DNA from: Halocafeteria seosinensis
Lineage: Eukaryota
NCBI GenBank assembly: GCA_001687465.1
Contig: LVLI01000135.1
Location: 115,010-135,009, forward strand
Reading direction: 5' to 3'
Length of the DNA stretch: 20,000 bases
Shown here: piece after piece, positions 1-10,804 of the stretch
How positions within the stretch are numbered: the stretch's first letter is position 1
Layout: each line of letters starts with the position of its first letter
Notes under the pieces: model-generated
Told to the model about the DNA's origin: nothing
Seen by the model: the letters and a program-made list of their open reading frames with translations, nothing else
Database searches by the model: none
Position numbers and translations under genes: made by a program

Positions 1-3000
1 GAGGGCGATCCCTGGTCAAGTTTTGCGGGAGATAAGGCCGGTTCTTTATCCTTAAGGCCAACGACTGATGATCAGTCTTCTAGCTCCTTGAGCAACAGTG
101 GATACAATATTCCGTCTCGCTACGTAGCTCCCACCATCGAACTTGATGATGATCAAGCGAAGTCCTCCTCGCACTCGGAACCCAAGGGAGATAGCTTCTT
201 TGAGGCGTATGATACTAGCCAAAAGACGAGCCTTAGGGATGCGGATAAAGAGAATATTGCAGGTGGGCCAACGGATGAAGTTCGCAAATTCTACCGGCAA
301 GGTGCCAAAGTTGGTGAGGCCGCGAGGGAGGACCCTGCTCCTCTCGGAAAGAGCGACTATTTAGGGACCATCGGAGCAGCAGGACAGCGTCGGAAGGGTA
401 CTTCACCTTTGAATTCAGTGCAAAGTGGATCCAACTCTCCAGAAGATATCATATCGTCGAACACCAATGCACTCTCTGGGGCTCAGAAAAATCTTCAGGA
501 ACCATCCAAAGATAGCGGATTACCAGAGCAACGAAAGCAAAATGAACAAGAGGAGTGGCAAGCCTCTAGCGGAAAAGCTAGTAGCAATCGACCTGCAGAG
601 ACTGAACAAAAGAGCCGTGATGACACAGATACAGTTCCTGGCCGTAGGGGCTCCAAGGGTGCATCTAGCGAAGAGGAAACGGGACATACGCCTCCATTGC
701 AGACCGGAGAACAAGCCCCGGTCAACGGTGGGGAAAATCCCGCTCCAGACAATATTGCTCGCCCAGATAGTTCAGGAGTGCGAGCAAAAGAAGATAGCGC
801 AACCTCATCCAAACAGAGGGACAGCTCCGCGACAATAGATTCCTCCGCTCCAAATACTGAAGGAGCGCAAAAAGACGCGACATCGTCATTGAAACCTAGC
901 GACAGCTCAGGCAGTAGTGATGCTCTTTCTCCGAGTAATAAAGGAGTTCAGGAAGACGACCAATACGGAGTCCTACGTTCGTCGAATACTAAGACCGAAG
1001 ACACCGTTCCCAGTGCACAAAAAACACAACAACAGCAGGCATATGGCGATAACTACAATAGTGCCGAGCAGTCTGGAGAGGAGCGCCCGGTAACGAATCA
1101 GGGAAATGCCGCCCCAGCGAGAGTGCCGGAAACCGATGGGAGTGACAGCTTCCAAGGAGAAAACAAAGAACGTTCGTCATTGCGCGGTAAGACGAAACCT
1201 GGGAGTCGCCGTCTGCTTTCTTACAGCACGAGTAGTAGAATGTTATTGCAAGAAAATCTAGCCCATATGGCAGAGGAGGAAGAAAAAGGAATTGGCCTTC
1301 ATTCTTTAAGTGGTAGGAAAGATGCATCAGGCAAGAGTGGCGCGACTCCTCTAATCGAGCAGTTTCTTTTTAATGGGGCAAAGAAATCCGTGCTTGGTGG
1401 GTTTGCCTGGCAAGATGTGGTCCCCTCCGAACTTGGAGACCAAGTCTTGCACACAAGCCAGAAAACCTCTCACTCTGAAGCTGCTACTACCAAACAAGGT
1501 GTTCAAAGTGGTAATGTTAATGCTGCAAAGCACCTGTGGAAGATATTAAGACCGATATTGCACTCGGTGGCACCTTCTGAAACTTCCGTACTAGTCAGTG
1601 GAAGTGAAATGTCTCGGCTAGCAGTCAAGATAGCCATGCATAAACCATCAAGCGTTGTAGTGTCGGCAGCGGATAACCCTAATGAAGCTGCATACTCACT
1701 CGAATTAAGAAAGTCGTTTTCGCTTTCGAACTACATAGTTTGCAGTCGAAGCGTCGATGCAGCCGTGATGGAGCAATTGTTGCGAGTTCCTGACCCGTTC
1801 GATGTGCAGTTGGTGGGGGAATCCATTTTTGCGGAGGCTCTCCTCGGAGCGGAGCTTACTGATATTGAAGAAAAGCTAGCAAACCAGTTACATTTGTCAC
1901 GCGCATCCTTCATTTTCCTCCCGGACTGGGAAAAACTATTCTCGTCGATCCTCTTTCATCGAGTTGTTGGATGGAAAGAGTTTTATTCTTCCTTTGGTAC
2001 TCGTCACGATCCTCGCAAACAGAGTTTAATCGACCAAGGTATTGTTGCCTCTCCGCGCGGTGCATCGAGTCGAACTTCTGAGGATATACCGTTTTCCCTA
2101 CTTGAGCAGGTTAGGCAGGATGATGACTTGCTAAAACGGTTTCTAGAAGAGCTAAGCAACGTTGAAAATGTCTACGGACTCCCAACGGATCATCTTTTTG
2201 ACAGCAATTGCTTACAAGACCGTTCGTATGCCGCCAATTCTTGCAAAAAGGAATTTTCCGGACGTATGCAGCATATGTGGGCAGAGCAGTTTATTAGCAA
2301 GGTGATTTCGCGATCCAACTCTTTGAGTGACTTGCAAATTCACCGGGTTTCGGGTATTCCACCTTACGCCTCTAGCACCATTAGAAGCGTTGTTGCAGTT
2401 CAGCCGGCTTCTCCAGCTCCAATATTGGATTCACCGATTCATTTCCCGGTTTCTAACTGTGAACCGGCAATAGACCGTGTGTGCAAGCGAAGTCTTCAGT
2501 ATGTAGTACGGTCGCTGTCTCCCAGGGCGGGAGTATCTCTCCATACATTGCTAACCCTACGCATCGTACCCGAGCTTCGGAGCGCCGCGTTCTACTTGTA
2601 TTTGTCATTTCCAATGAAGGAGATCTTGCGGAAAGCTGATAAACTCGGATTGAGGTATGCACATGTTCCACTATACGGCAAGGAAAAGCGTGCTGATGAC
2701 TTAGACGAAGCCTTGGATTTTGCCCCATGGAATATCCGCATGTATGCCACGAAGAACTCTGTCAAGCTTCAGCTGGCCATCTTGAGCCACGAAATGAAGG
2801 GAAAGGTTGGTCGGTCACGCGTGGATGTCATTCGAAGGATATACCGGACACTAGAGAACCAAGACACAGTGTCTATAGGTGAAGTGCAAGAATTTGGAGA
2901 GTTGAAGGACTTCCAGCGAACAGTTGAATCCCATGTGGGTTCATATGCTGTGGTTGATTCTGAAAGAGGAAGCGATGTATGGACTCATTACACAGCTGCT

Positions 3001-4828
3001 GCAGATAGGTGGCAGGCCGTCCGTGCAGAGCTGCATGCCGCCGATACACATACCGCCAATGCACAAGGAACATTCTCTGCTTTGGACGCTTTTTCCGGAA
3101 TTGGAGAAACCTCCCTTCCTCTGGCAGCCCAGTTTCCGGATGCTACCATTGTCAGTGTGGAATCTTCGAAGACCATGTCGGATATACATCTCGCTCATGT
3201 TCTCAATTATGATTTGCAAAATAATGCAGTTTGTCAGAGAGAAGTAGATGGCGAACTATTTCGAAAGTTAACGTCTTCACCAGAGTTTTTCCGATATCTA
3301 TTTCTTTCTCGTCCTGTGGAAGTCCTTCTGGCGAAGCTTGGGGAGCACGGTGTCCGGGAACTGTACAGTTTTGCGTTTGGTGCAGCTGCCAGTTCCTTCG
3401 TGAGGATACCCGACAGTAAACTACTATCTCTGGCCTTTACAACGTTTTTCCAAACGTATCTTCCTTCCCGGGACTGCTTATCCCAGCCATTAGTTACTAC
3501 TTGCGGACAGTTCTTAGATACTCGACTGTGGAAAATTATGTATCACCCTCGACCTATGTTCTTAGCCGCCGAGCGACGGTTGTTGAAATTCTTGACACGG
3601 AAGACGAGGGAGCATCGTATTGCCCATTCTGTACATCCTGTACTTATCGGTGAAGAAGGAGATGGTGGCAGCCTCTTGGCCAAGCGACGATCAACGGATA
3701 CTTCTTCGGTTCCTAAGAAAGGCAACTACTTGCCTCCTTTCCTAGGAATATCGTCTGGCTGGGTAAGACTGGATGCTACAAACATCACACGCCAAGTCAA
3801 CCATCATTTTGAGTCCGAGCTTGACGGGCATAAAAGAACTTATATTCTACAGGTGCGCAGGAACAGGACAGCCTCCACTTATGCTGAAAAGAAACTGGGT
3901 TATCCTTTGACCAGCTTAACTTCGCAGCCCACGAATCAGTATCAACATTTGTTCCAAGGGAACCATCCAAATAATGGCGAAGTTATGTCCGTTCGGCTTG
4001 TTCGGGATGAAGATAAAGCGACCATTCCTTATGTGACAGTCAACGCAGTTACCCTAATTAGCACCCTAAGGATGGGCTTGTTAGGTCCTCTCAAGGCTCG
4101 CGCATATAGGAAATTTGTTGAAATGCCATTGTATATCGATATGGCACCATGGAATATTGTTTTGGTTGTAAGTACTTCCTCTACTTATCCTCTATTGGAA
4201 CTCTTTTACATATGCGCTATTGCAAACGCAGGGTGGGCGCTTTGACTACATTGACTTTGACACCAAGGATAAGACTTACGACGCACTTGTACCACATGCG
4301 TTTGAGATTATGGAGGTGCTGTTCAACTATAAACGGACCATCGAGGATCTACAAAAGTGCGAATCGAAAGCGAACGTCAGGTACAACTTCCCTTTCGTTT
4401 CGGACTGTGTGGGATCGGATGAATTCCGAGGGCCGTGTAAAGGATCGCAATTCCCTGTACCGTGTGGGGACGGGACCTGTCATTCAAACTATATATCGTG
4501 CCTGCGTTCGATGGCGCAACATCAGCGCGTGAAAGAGTCGACTCGAGAAATCGCTGAAACTCGCTTAAGGTTAGCGTCCATGGTACAAGACCGGCTAGGT
4601 GGAGAAGAAGCAACAACTGCCGCGCTCTTGAATACGATTTATGAAGATGCCCACAACAGATTGCCCTCCTCAAAGACCTCTTCGTCTTATAAGCAAGGTC
4701 TGCAGTCATTGCAAGGAGCTATACAGGACGCACAAGAACCACTCTCTCCTGTGTCAACGAGGAGGGAAGAGGATAAGCAGGTGCGTCACCGCTCTTTAGT
4801 TTTTTCTGGAGAGCTGGAGCACCGGTGA
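1..4828 (+). CDS. Large protein (>1587 aa, 5'-truncated): low-complexity S/E/Q-rich N-terminus, two tandem [class I methyltransferase-like + kinase-like] modules, Cys-rich tail; exons <1..4167 and 4232..4828
   Basis: Frame 1 has no stop from base 1, and the track's start at 88 is a TTG. Intron 4168-4231 (GTAAGT...GCAG, phase 0) joins DMAPWNIVLV to GGRFDYIDFD, giving a kinase-like DxxxxN...DFD pair. MTase motif I-like LDAFSGIG at 3082-3105 is followed by 'IVSVE'. Domain calls are by-eye motif recognition. Confidence 0.8.
4168..4231 (+). other. Spliceosomal intron (64 nt)
   Basis: GTAAGT donor and pyrimidine-rich body ending in CAG; removal joins ORF 88..4245 to ORF 4220..4828 in frame. Confidence 0.85.
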
Positions 4829-4869
4829 TCAGATAGCCTATAGTCGATGCTGTGGCGTTAGATGATTTA

Positions 4870-6400
4870 CAGCTTTTGCTTTTTGAAAACGGGACTTTGG
4901 GCCAGAACCCCGTTAGCCAATTTTCGTTTCTCGACTCCGTGCTTGCACATATTATCAGAGATGTCCCGTTTGCTGTATCATTTGATCTGAAACATCCCTC
5001 TTGGCTACGTAAATACCGCCTATCGGCTTATTAACTGCGTTCTGAGGGGATAGTGGCAGATGATGGTGTCTTTTCCACTTCGTTCAAAGTTAGAGCTTAT
5101 GGATTGCTCTACGTTGCTCTGCGTAACTTACAGCCCAGTGAAGTGAAGTAGGGAGTATTGTAATATCCTTCACTGACATCAATCCTACAGGAGGATAGTG
5201 TGCCGCACAAATCACTGCACGATTAACGGATGGAAGAGGTAGTCGTACACTTGCAACTACCCCGAGCCCTGATTCAACGGGCACAGCCACAGTATCCCCC
5301 GAAATCACGGCCCGTAGTATACTGTTTCCGCGTATTCCGTACCGAGGTGTGCAGTATGTAACTCAAACATGACGTGCTTCTATTTTGTACCATCAAGCAC
5401 TAGAAGTCTGTCTGCTAGTCGCCGTCCACAGTTGCCGTCAGATTCCAGTATCCGGAACCCCGCGGTTTGTTCTGTGCATATTGTATCGTGAGTTAGGTTG
5501 GCTGCGAGCAGCCTGCGACTCTTCTGGGGAAGCGCTAACAGGTGTATTTATGAAGTTTCAAGATTATATGTTCATCCTTATCAAAGCGTCTCCTAACTCA
5601 CAGTGTGAGACACACACACACACTTACACACCCTGTAGAAGGGAAAACCCCGTTTGGATCAGCCTGAAGTTCCCGGCAATGACAGTTATACTACTTATGT
5701 ACTTGCTGTACTTTAGTCTTCGGTGTACGCATGGTACGTCATTGATTACATTGGTTGTTATTTCGACGAATATAACTTCGTTGACATCCGACTGGTTTGC
5801 TGGTATTTTCTGAACCCTTCCGGATTCCATGAGTAGCTCAGTTCGAAAATCACTTGCATCTTCGCCACCGCCATCCTCGCTGAGGGCTAAAAAGACAAGT
5901 TGCGTACAACCCTTCTATAAGCACCGCAAAGCACGACCGGTACAATTTGAATTACCGTAGGATACTTTGTATCACATCCACTTGTACATCCTGGTAACTG
6001 TCAACCCAATACAAGAAGTAACTGTATACCGCATTCACGGTATAGAAGTGCCGAAGCAAATGCGGACTCGTGTCATCGAAGAAGAACTCGAAAAGTAGCC
6101 AGCGACAACAACTACTGTAGAAACGAAACATTGCAGAGATATGCTACGCATCGTCTTGTACCACAAACTGGAGCGGTTTTCTCACAGAATCAAATCAGCA
6201 GCGGCCATCGGGTTCAAGACAAATTCCACTGTGAAGCCTCATGTACATACAATTTGTACTTCAGTCATAAGGTTCCGTATACCCGATGCAACGGGCTAGC
6301 GCTGCCGTTGACAAAGTAAGCCCAGTCCATACACTTACAGTCGTTCCAGCAGGCGCACATGAGCTACGGGACACCAACTTCGTGTACCTGGAAGTAACTT
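4870..6400 (-). other. Possible multi-exon gene or decayed gene on the minus strand; structure unresolved
   Basis: Minus-strand GTAAGT donors (ACTTAC on + near 5126, 5622, 6333) follow short open segments preceded by YAG (LSEDGGGEDASDFRTELLMESGRVQKIPANQSDVNEVIFVEITTNVIND, ADPNGVFPSTG, IDVSEGYYNTPYFTSLG). No complete model could be assembled. Confidence 0.3.
5611..5622. repeat. Short (CA)6 microsatellite
   Basis: cacacacacaca, inside a putative minus-strand intron just after a GTAAGT donor. Confidence 0.6.
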
Positions 6401-6567
6401 GGTAGACCTCGAGGTTCACAACAGGATAGATTCCAAGAGTGCAAAGACCACTGTATAAAGCGCAACTAGTGTTTGACGTGTATCAAATCAAAAAACAGAA
6501 GAAAAAGGGGGGTGAGACTAGGTGGCTGCAAATATCTTGCTGTGTTGTCTCCTATAGGTGAGCAACT

Positions 6568-9500
6568 ATGACGCGCTCGAAACAACGCCGCGAGACCACC
6601 AAGAGCCCACAGCGTAGGGACGATGATAATGACGAGCATAGCGCATCCCCAGAGAACCATTTTTTCAAAGTAGCTGAGGCTCTATTTGCACAGTGCCCTG
6701 AGGAGCGATTCCACCGATTTCGGGAGCAAACAAACGACTGTGTTACCCGGCAAAACTTCACGTCATGGATGGATACGGGAGGCTACAGCTTCATCGAGCC
6801 GGATACCGCCACCAAATACTGCGTGCAACTTCTGAACAAGGTATGCATGGCCAACAATGAGGGGAATGGAACTACAGACAGCCCTGATTGTGTAACAGCG
6901 GATTTCGTTGTACTGGCATGTCTAAATCGGACACCTACGGTACTCCACATGGCAACGTTGACGGCTAGTTTGCTCCTGAATTCTCCCTCTGCCAATGTTT
7001 ATGGATTGTCTAACGTACTCGATATTGCCGCCAAGCAAGACCGGCTGTGGGATAAGAACTTAATCAATGTTCTTGTGGCTCTCATGGCGTACCCTGACGC
7101 CTTCGCCGAAAGAGCGCAATCACTTGTTCACTCAGCATTTGCTACACATGGATTAAACGCCCCCCAGATTGGCCACTGTGCTAACCTTCCTGAGGAGGGA
7201 TTATTAAGCGCAGTATGTAGTGTGCTTGATAGCACGAGTAAGCGTTTCGTGCACGATACAGTCAATGAGGTCGTATCGATCCTCGGTCAGTTCTTCGACG
7301 CGGACACCAATCATGTGAGAGTATATCCTCCTCAAGGCATTGTGATTTCTGGTAAACATTTGGGTACACAACTACCTCAAGGACCTCTTTCCATTTTCGA
7401 TAATCTGATTCGTGCTTTGGAACAGCTACAAGACAAACGGAAATGGAATCTTACACTGATAAGGCGAAAATTCGGACAGCTTTTGACGTCATTCGAAGGC
7501 ACGAGTCTTTGCTTTTGCCCTCCAGTGACACGGCTTTGCATGAAAGTAGGAATATCCTCTGAGAGCCTAGGTCCAGTGATAAATGCACTTTGTAGAGAAA
7601 TTGCGAGTTTTGAACGATTTTCTACTTCGGTAGAAGAGTGGGGACATGCGCTGTTGGGTCGAGCTGGCGAGGATGGATCAAAACCTACAGAGGAAGAAAA
7701 AGAGGACGAGGAGTTGCGTGATACCAAAATCCGCGCCTTGGTAAATGGGATATTGACTGGAACTGGTGCCTCAAAATTGCTCATGTGTGGAGGCAAGTCA
7801 TGTGAAGTGCTTTGTTTAAAGGTTCTTCGCCGATGTCTTCTCCTAACAGATCTTCCAAAGGCTCCGTTGTTGAATGCGCTGCGCGAATTCTTAAGTTTTT
7901 GTGCATCCAGCGGGAGAAGGATCCCCGATCAACTTGGTAAGGACCTCCTAGGTTTGCTGCGAGACAGCATCAATTCCAAGTCTGACTTCCTAGACCAGTG
8001 GGTTGCGGAGCCAAATGACATGTTGGTGATGTGCTCCCCTGCTCACGTCTTACACTTGATTTCTTTATTCGAGCACCTCCGACCAGCACTTCACTCCGTT
8101 TTACAAGAGATTGTGGGTCTCGTCCTTGATGGAGGTTGGATGGACATGTTAAGAGCGAGTCATTTGGATTGTTGGACCTATCTGAAGTTTGACGTGATTA
8201 TGTCTACCCTGGGGGTTTCTGGACTATGCTTGTTCCGGTGTGGGGATATGCACCAGTCTATTCGAATCCTAAACTTGTACACAAGTATTCTTGTGATGAA
8301 ACGCAATCGTGACGAATCGTTGACGTCGTGGGATGCAAATATCGAGGAAGAGACTTCACCTCTTTGTGGCGAAAACGAGGGTATATCTCTTTCAGTGTAC
8401 TCCGCTGCCCCCCAGTGCTCTCGACAATTGAGCTGTACTCTGCATGGTTCTGGTACGAGTTATGGCGCCGTCATAACTGCAGAATACCTCACAAGAGATC
8501 TGACACACCTGTTGTCTGAAAACTCATCCCTTTACTACATTCACTTTTCACCCGCTGAAATTTGCTCCTTGATTTCGGTATATTATGGAGCCATTCGAAA
8601 GCAACGATTGTGCTTATGTGGGTTTAAGCGGATGGCTTCTGCAACACATCAGACTACACGCCTGGAAGAACATTGCTCGGGCAAAGCTTATAATCGGTTG
8701 GAACCTATCAATTCAGTTATATGTGCACCGTCATTGAGCACTACGGACGTTTTAGATGACGATTTCTCTGTTCCTTCTGTCTGGACTCTCTGTGTTCTAC
8801 TGCGCGACCTTTCGCACTTGATACCTTCCATGCTTGAGGAAGACTGGGACCAAACTTTTCGTACGATAATACATCTTCTGCTGATATCGTCGCATATTAA
8901 ATGCGTACTTCCAAACTACGCTGATTCCACTAGTGGGTCATACGAAGAGTCTGAAGCAGGCGATGCCGATAACGAGGTGCTCCATGATGATGGAGTGATG
9001 GAGCTTTGGCGTAACTCCAGATACAAGTTTGAAGAGACTGAATATGAATTGTACCGCTTGAACAAACGGGATATGCTTCGCATGCCTAAGCCTAATGAAA
9101 TGGAAGCTAGATTCTTGGTCTCTTACTTGCATATTACCCCGTCTTCGGCAGAAAAATCAGCGGTACAACAAATGCGAGATGCTGAACCTGCAGTGAATCG
9201 GTATCTCGATCGTTCTTTGGCAATTTCAGGCGAACTTTTCCATTCTCTTCAAGATCTGCGCTCATTGTTACTACATGTTATAGCTCGACTATTGACGAAT
9301 ATTCCGAAACCACTACACGAAGCGAAGGGGGCTTTGGGAGACCAAATGAACAATTTTCTGATGTGCCTCCTGCACGGAGGAGAAAACGTAGTTCGAGAGA
9401 GTAGCAACGCAACCGCTATGGGACAGGACATTTTTACACCCCTTCAAGTGGAATTGTGCCGGGTTATGTCACTGTTGTGCCATGCATTCTATGGCGAGTA

Positions 9501-10455
9501 TTTTCTGTCAACTTCTCCTTCTGTATTCCGCCGATTTTTGCATGCTATTCGCACTACAGTCGAGATTTGTAATCCGGCATTTGGTGATGGGCCAACGAGG
9601 GCTGAAGAGAGGAGGTCCAGGCTGCTGATAAAACTGAATGACCGACTGCCTGATGGTGATAGTGATATCGCAACTAGCTTTATGTGCAATGTCGTGAGTG
9701 TCCGTCCTATCGCATGGGACACTGTGTTTCCAGACCACAGTCTTCATTATCTCGAGGGCGGAATACTTCTTCTCTTGCAGTCTGTGTTTGATATTGAGCT
9801 ACGGTCTCGCATGCTTGTGGGAAACTTTGTCTCTACCCTTCTAGCGTGCGTTCTACAGGCGGAGTCGATCCCTTGGTCTACCGAATGTATTCAAGACGTC
9901 GCCCGTTTCGTTTCTCGGGGAGCACTGGGGATAACGTTACCAATCACCACATATTGTCGAATAAGAGATCAGGGCTATTATTCTGAAGACGAAGATGGTC
10001 AATTATACAAGATTAACTGCATCAATATGCGTCTTTTGATTCCAAAGAGAAGTAATATCCGGGGACGCAGGAAGGATACTTCTGATGTAACCTGGGTGAA
10101 GCAGCGCATCAAACCTGTTTCTTCTACCGTTGCATATACAGGGTTTTGTCTTCCTTCGGGAGATTTAGCCTTAAATGAGACGAGGAAGTGCTTACGCAGT
10201 TATATGGACGTTGCCTGGTGGGATACGTTGCCCTCACCGCTTACAGCAAAACATATTGTAGTTTTTCTAAACGAGGTACTTGACACTGTGGTTCTTTTCT
10301 TTGAGCGAAAGAAGACACTTCCGCTAGCTCAAAAGCTGAGTGTTGATGCCTCTGTTCCGAGAAAAGGCTGTGTAGTTGTACCAAATACGGCAGCCGATTA
10401 CCTGTTGAAAACTGACAGCGTGTATGTCCTATGCGACAACATAGAGGCTGTGTAG
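6568..10455 (+). CDS. Hypothetical protein, 1295 aa, Leu/Cys-rich and apparently helical; C-terminus weakly resembles an RCK2-type tail
   Basis: Uninterrupted 3.9-kb ATG-to-TAG ORF; no confidently recognised domain. Confidence 0.8.
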   Translation: MTRSKQRRETTKSPQRRDDDNDEHSASPENHFFKVAEALFAQCPEERFHRFREQTNDCVTRQNFTSWMDTGGYSFIEPDTATKYCVQLLNKVCMANNEGNGTTDSPDCVTADFVVLACLNRTPTVLHMATLTASLLLNSPSANVYGLSNVLDIAAKQDRLWDKNLINVLVALMAYPDAFAERAQSLVHSAFATHGLNAPQIGHCANLPEEGLLSAVCSVLDSTSKRFVHDTVNEVVSILGQFFDADTNHVRVYPPQGIVISGKHLGTQLPQGPLSIFDNLIRALEQLQDKRKWNLTLIRRKFGQLLTSFEGTSLCFCPPVTRLCMKVGISSESLGPVINALCREIASFERFSTSVEEWGHALLGRAGEDGSKPTEEEKEDEELRDTKIRALVNGILTGTGASKLLMCGGKSCEVLCLKVLRRCLLLTDLPKAPLLNALREFLSFCASSGRRIPDQLGKDLLGLLRDSINSKSDFLDQWVAEPNDMLVMCSPAHVLHLISLFEHLRPALHSVLQEIVGLVLDGGWMDMLRASHLDCWTYLKFDVIMSTLGVSGLCLFRCGDMHQSIRILNLYTSILVMKRNRDESLTSWDANIEEETSPLCGENEGISLSVYSAAPQCSRQLSCTLHGSGTSYGAVITAEYLTRDLTHLLSENSSLYYIHFSPAEICSLISVYYGAIRKQRLCLCGFKRMASATHQTTRLEEHCSGKAYNRLEPINSVICAPSLSTTDVLDDDFSVPSVWTLCVLLRDLSHLIPSMLEEDWDQTFRTIIHLLLISSHIKCVLPNYADSTSGSYEESEAGDADNEVLHDDGVMELWRNSRYKFEETEYELYRLNKRDMLRMPKPNEMEARFLVSYLHITPSSAEKSAVQQMRDAEPAVNRYLDRSLAISGELFHSLQDLRSLLLHVIARLLTNIPKPLHEAKGALGDQMNNFLMCLLHGGENVVRESSNATAMGQDIFTPLQVELCRVMSLLCHAFYGEYFLSTSPSVFRRFLHAIRTTVEICNPAFGDGPTRAEERRSRLLIKLNDRLPDGDSDIATSFMCNVVSVRPIAWDTVFPDHSLHYLEGGILLLLQSVFDIELRSRMLVGNFVSTLLACVLQAESIPWSTECIQDVARFVSRGALGITLPITTYCRIRDQGYYSEDEDGQLYKINCINMRLLIPKRSNIRGRRKDTSDVTWVKQRIKPVSSTVAYTGFCLPSGDLALNETRKCLRSYMDVAWWDTLPSPLTAKHIVVFLNEVLDTVVLFFERKKTLPLAQKLSVDASVPRKGCVVVPNTAADYLLKTDSVYVLCDNIEAV

Positions 10456-10515
10456 AGGACGCACGTGGAAAAGTCGGATGCAGAATCTGCAGTGCTACCT
10501 CTGCACTGGCTTTGA

Positions 10516-10629
10516 ACGAGTAGACCGTAAAATTCATAAGTGTCCTAGGCAAACCGGGCTGGTCGCCCGGGGGAGTGAGCCGGGCCGAGGGACCGGAGTG
10601 AATGCCAGTCGGCCGACTCTGCCAGATTC
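10516..10629 (+). repeat. Left TIR of MULE (114 bp)
   Basis: ACGAGTAGACCGTAAAATTC...CTCTGCCAGATTC is the reverse complement of 18590-18703 with one mismatch (10613 vs 18606). The true terminus may be the G at 10518. Confidence 0.95.
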
Positions 10630-10804
10630 TGCCGGTTGTATATGGGTTGTATTGCACTTGTATGGCGATCATAGAGAAACACATACTGTACATTCAGTGA
10701 GAAAATATACAACCTAAGAAGCCGTGGACATTACACTTACAGTGTCGTATTGTACAGTTGTACCAGTACAAGATTTTGAAAGTTCTTGTTCGTCATTCAT
10801 CAAG

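Noticed and set aside
88..90. ORF-track start of the first gene
   Set aside because: It is a TTG in a eukaryotic context, and the frame is open back to base 1, so the real start is upstream of the window.
52..10400. Many short antisense and overlapping ORFs within the two long host CDSs
   Set aside because: Shadow ORFs of long coding regions with no independent motifs.
10480..10632. 10-bp inverted match GCAGAATCTG / CAGATTCTGC around the left TIR
   Set aside because: Too short, and there is no counterpart at the right end; probably chance.
10724..10804. N-terminal extension of the transposase ORF
   Set aside because: Starts at GTG; the first in-frame ATG at 10805 directly precedes the first C2H2 finger.
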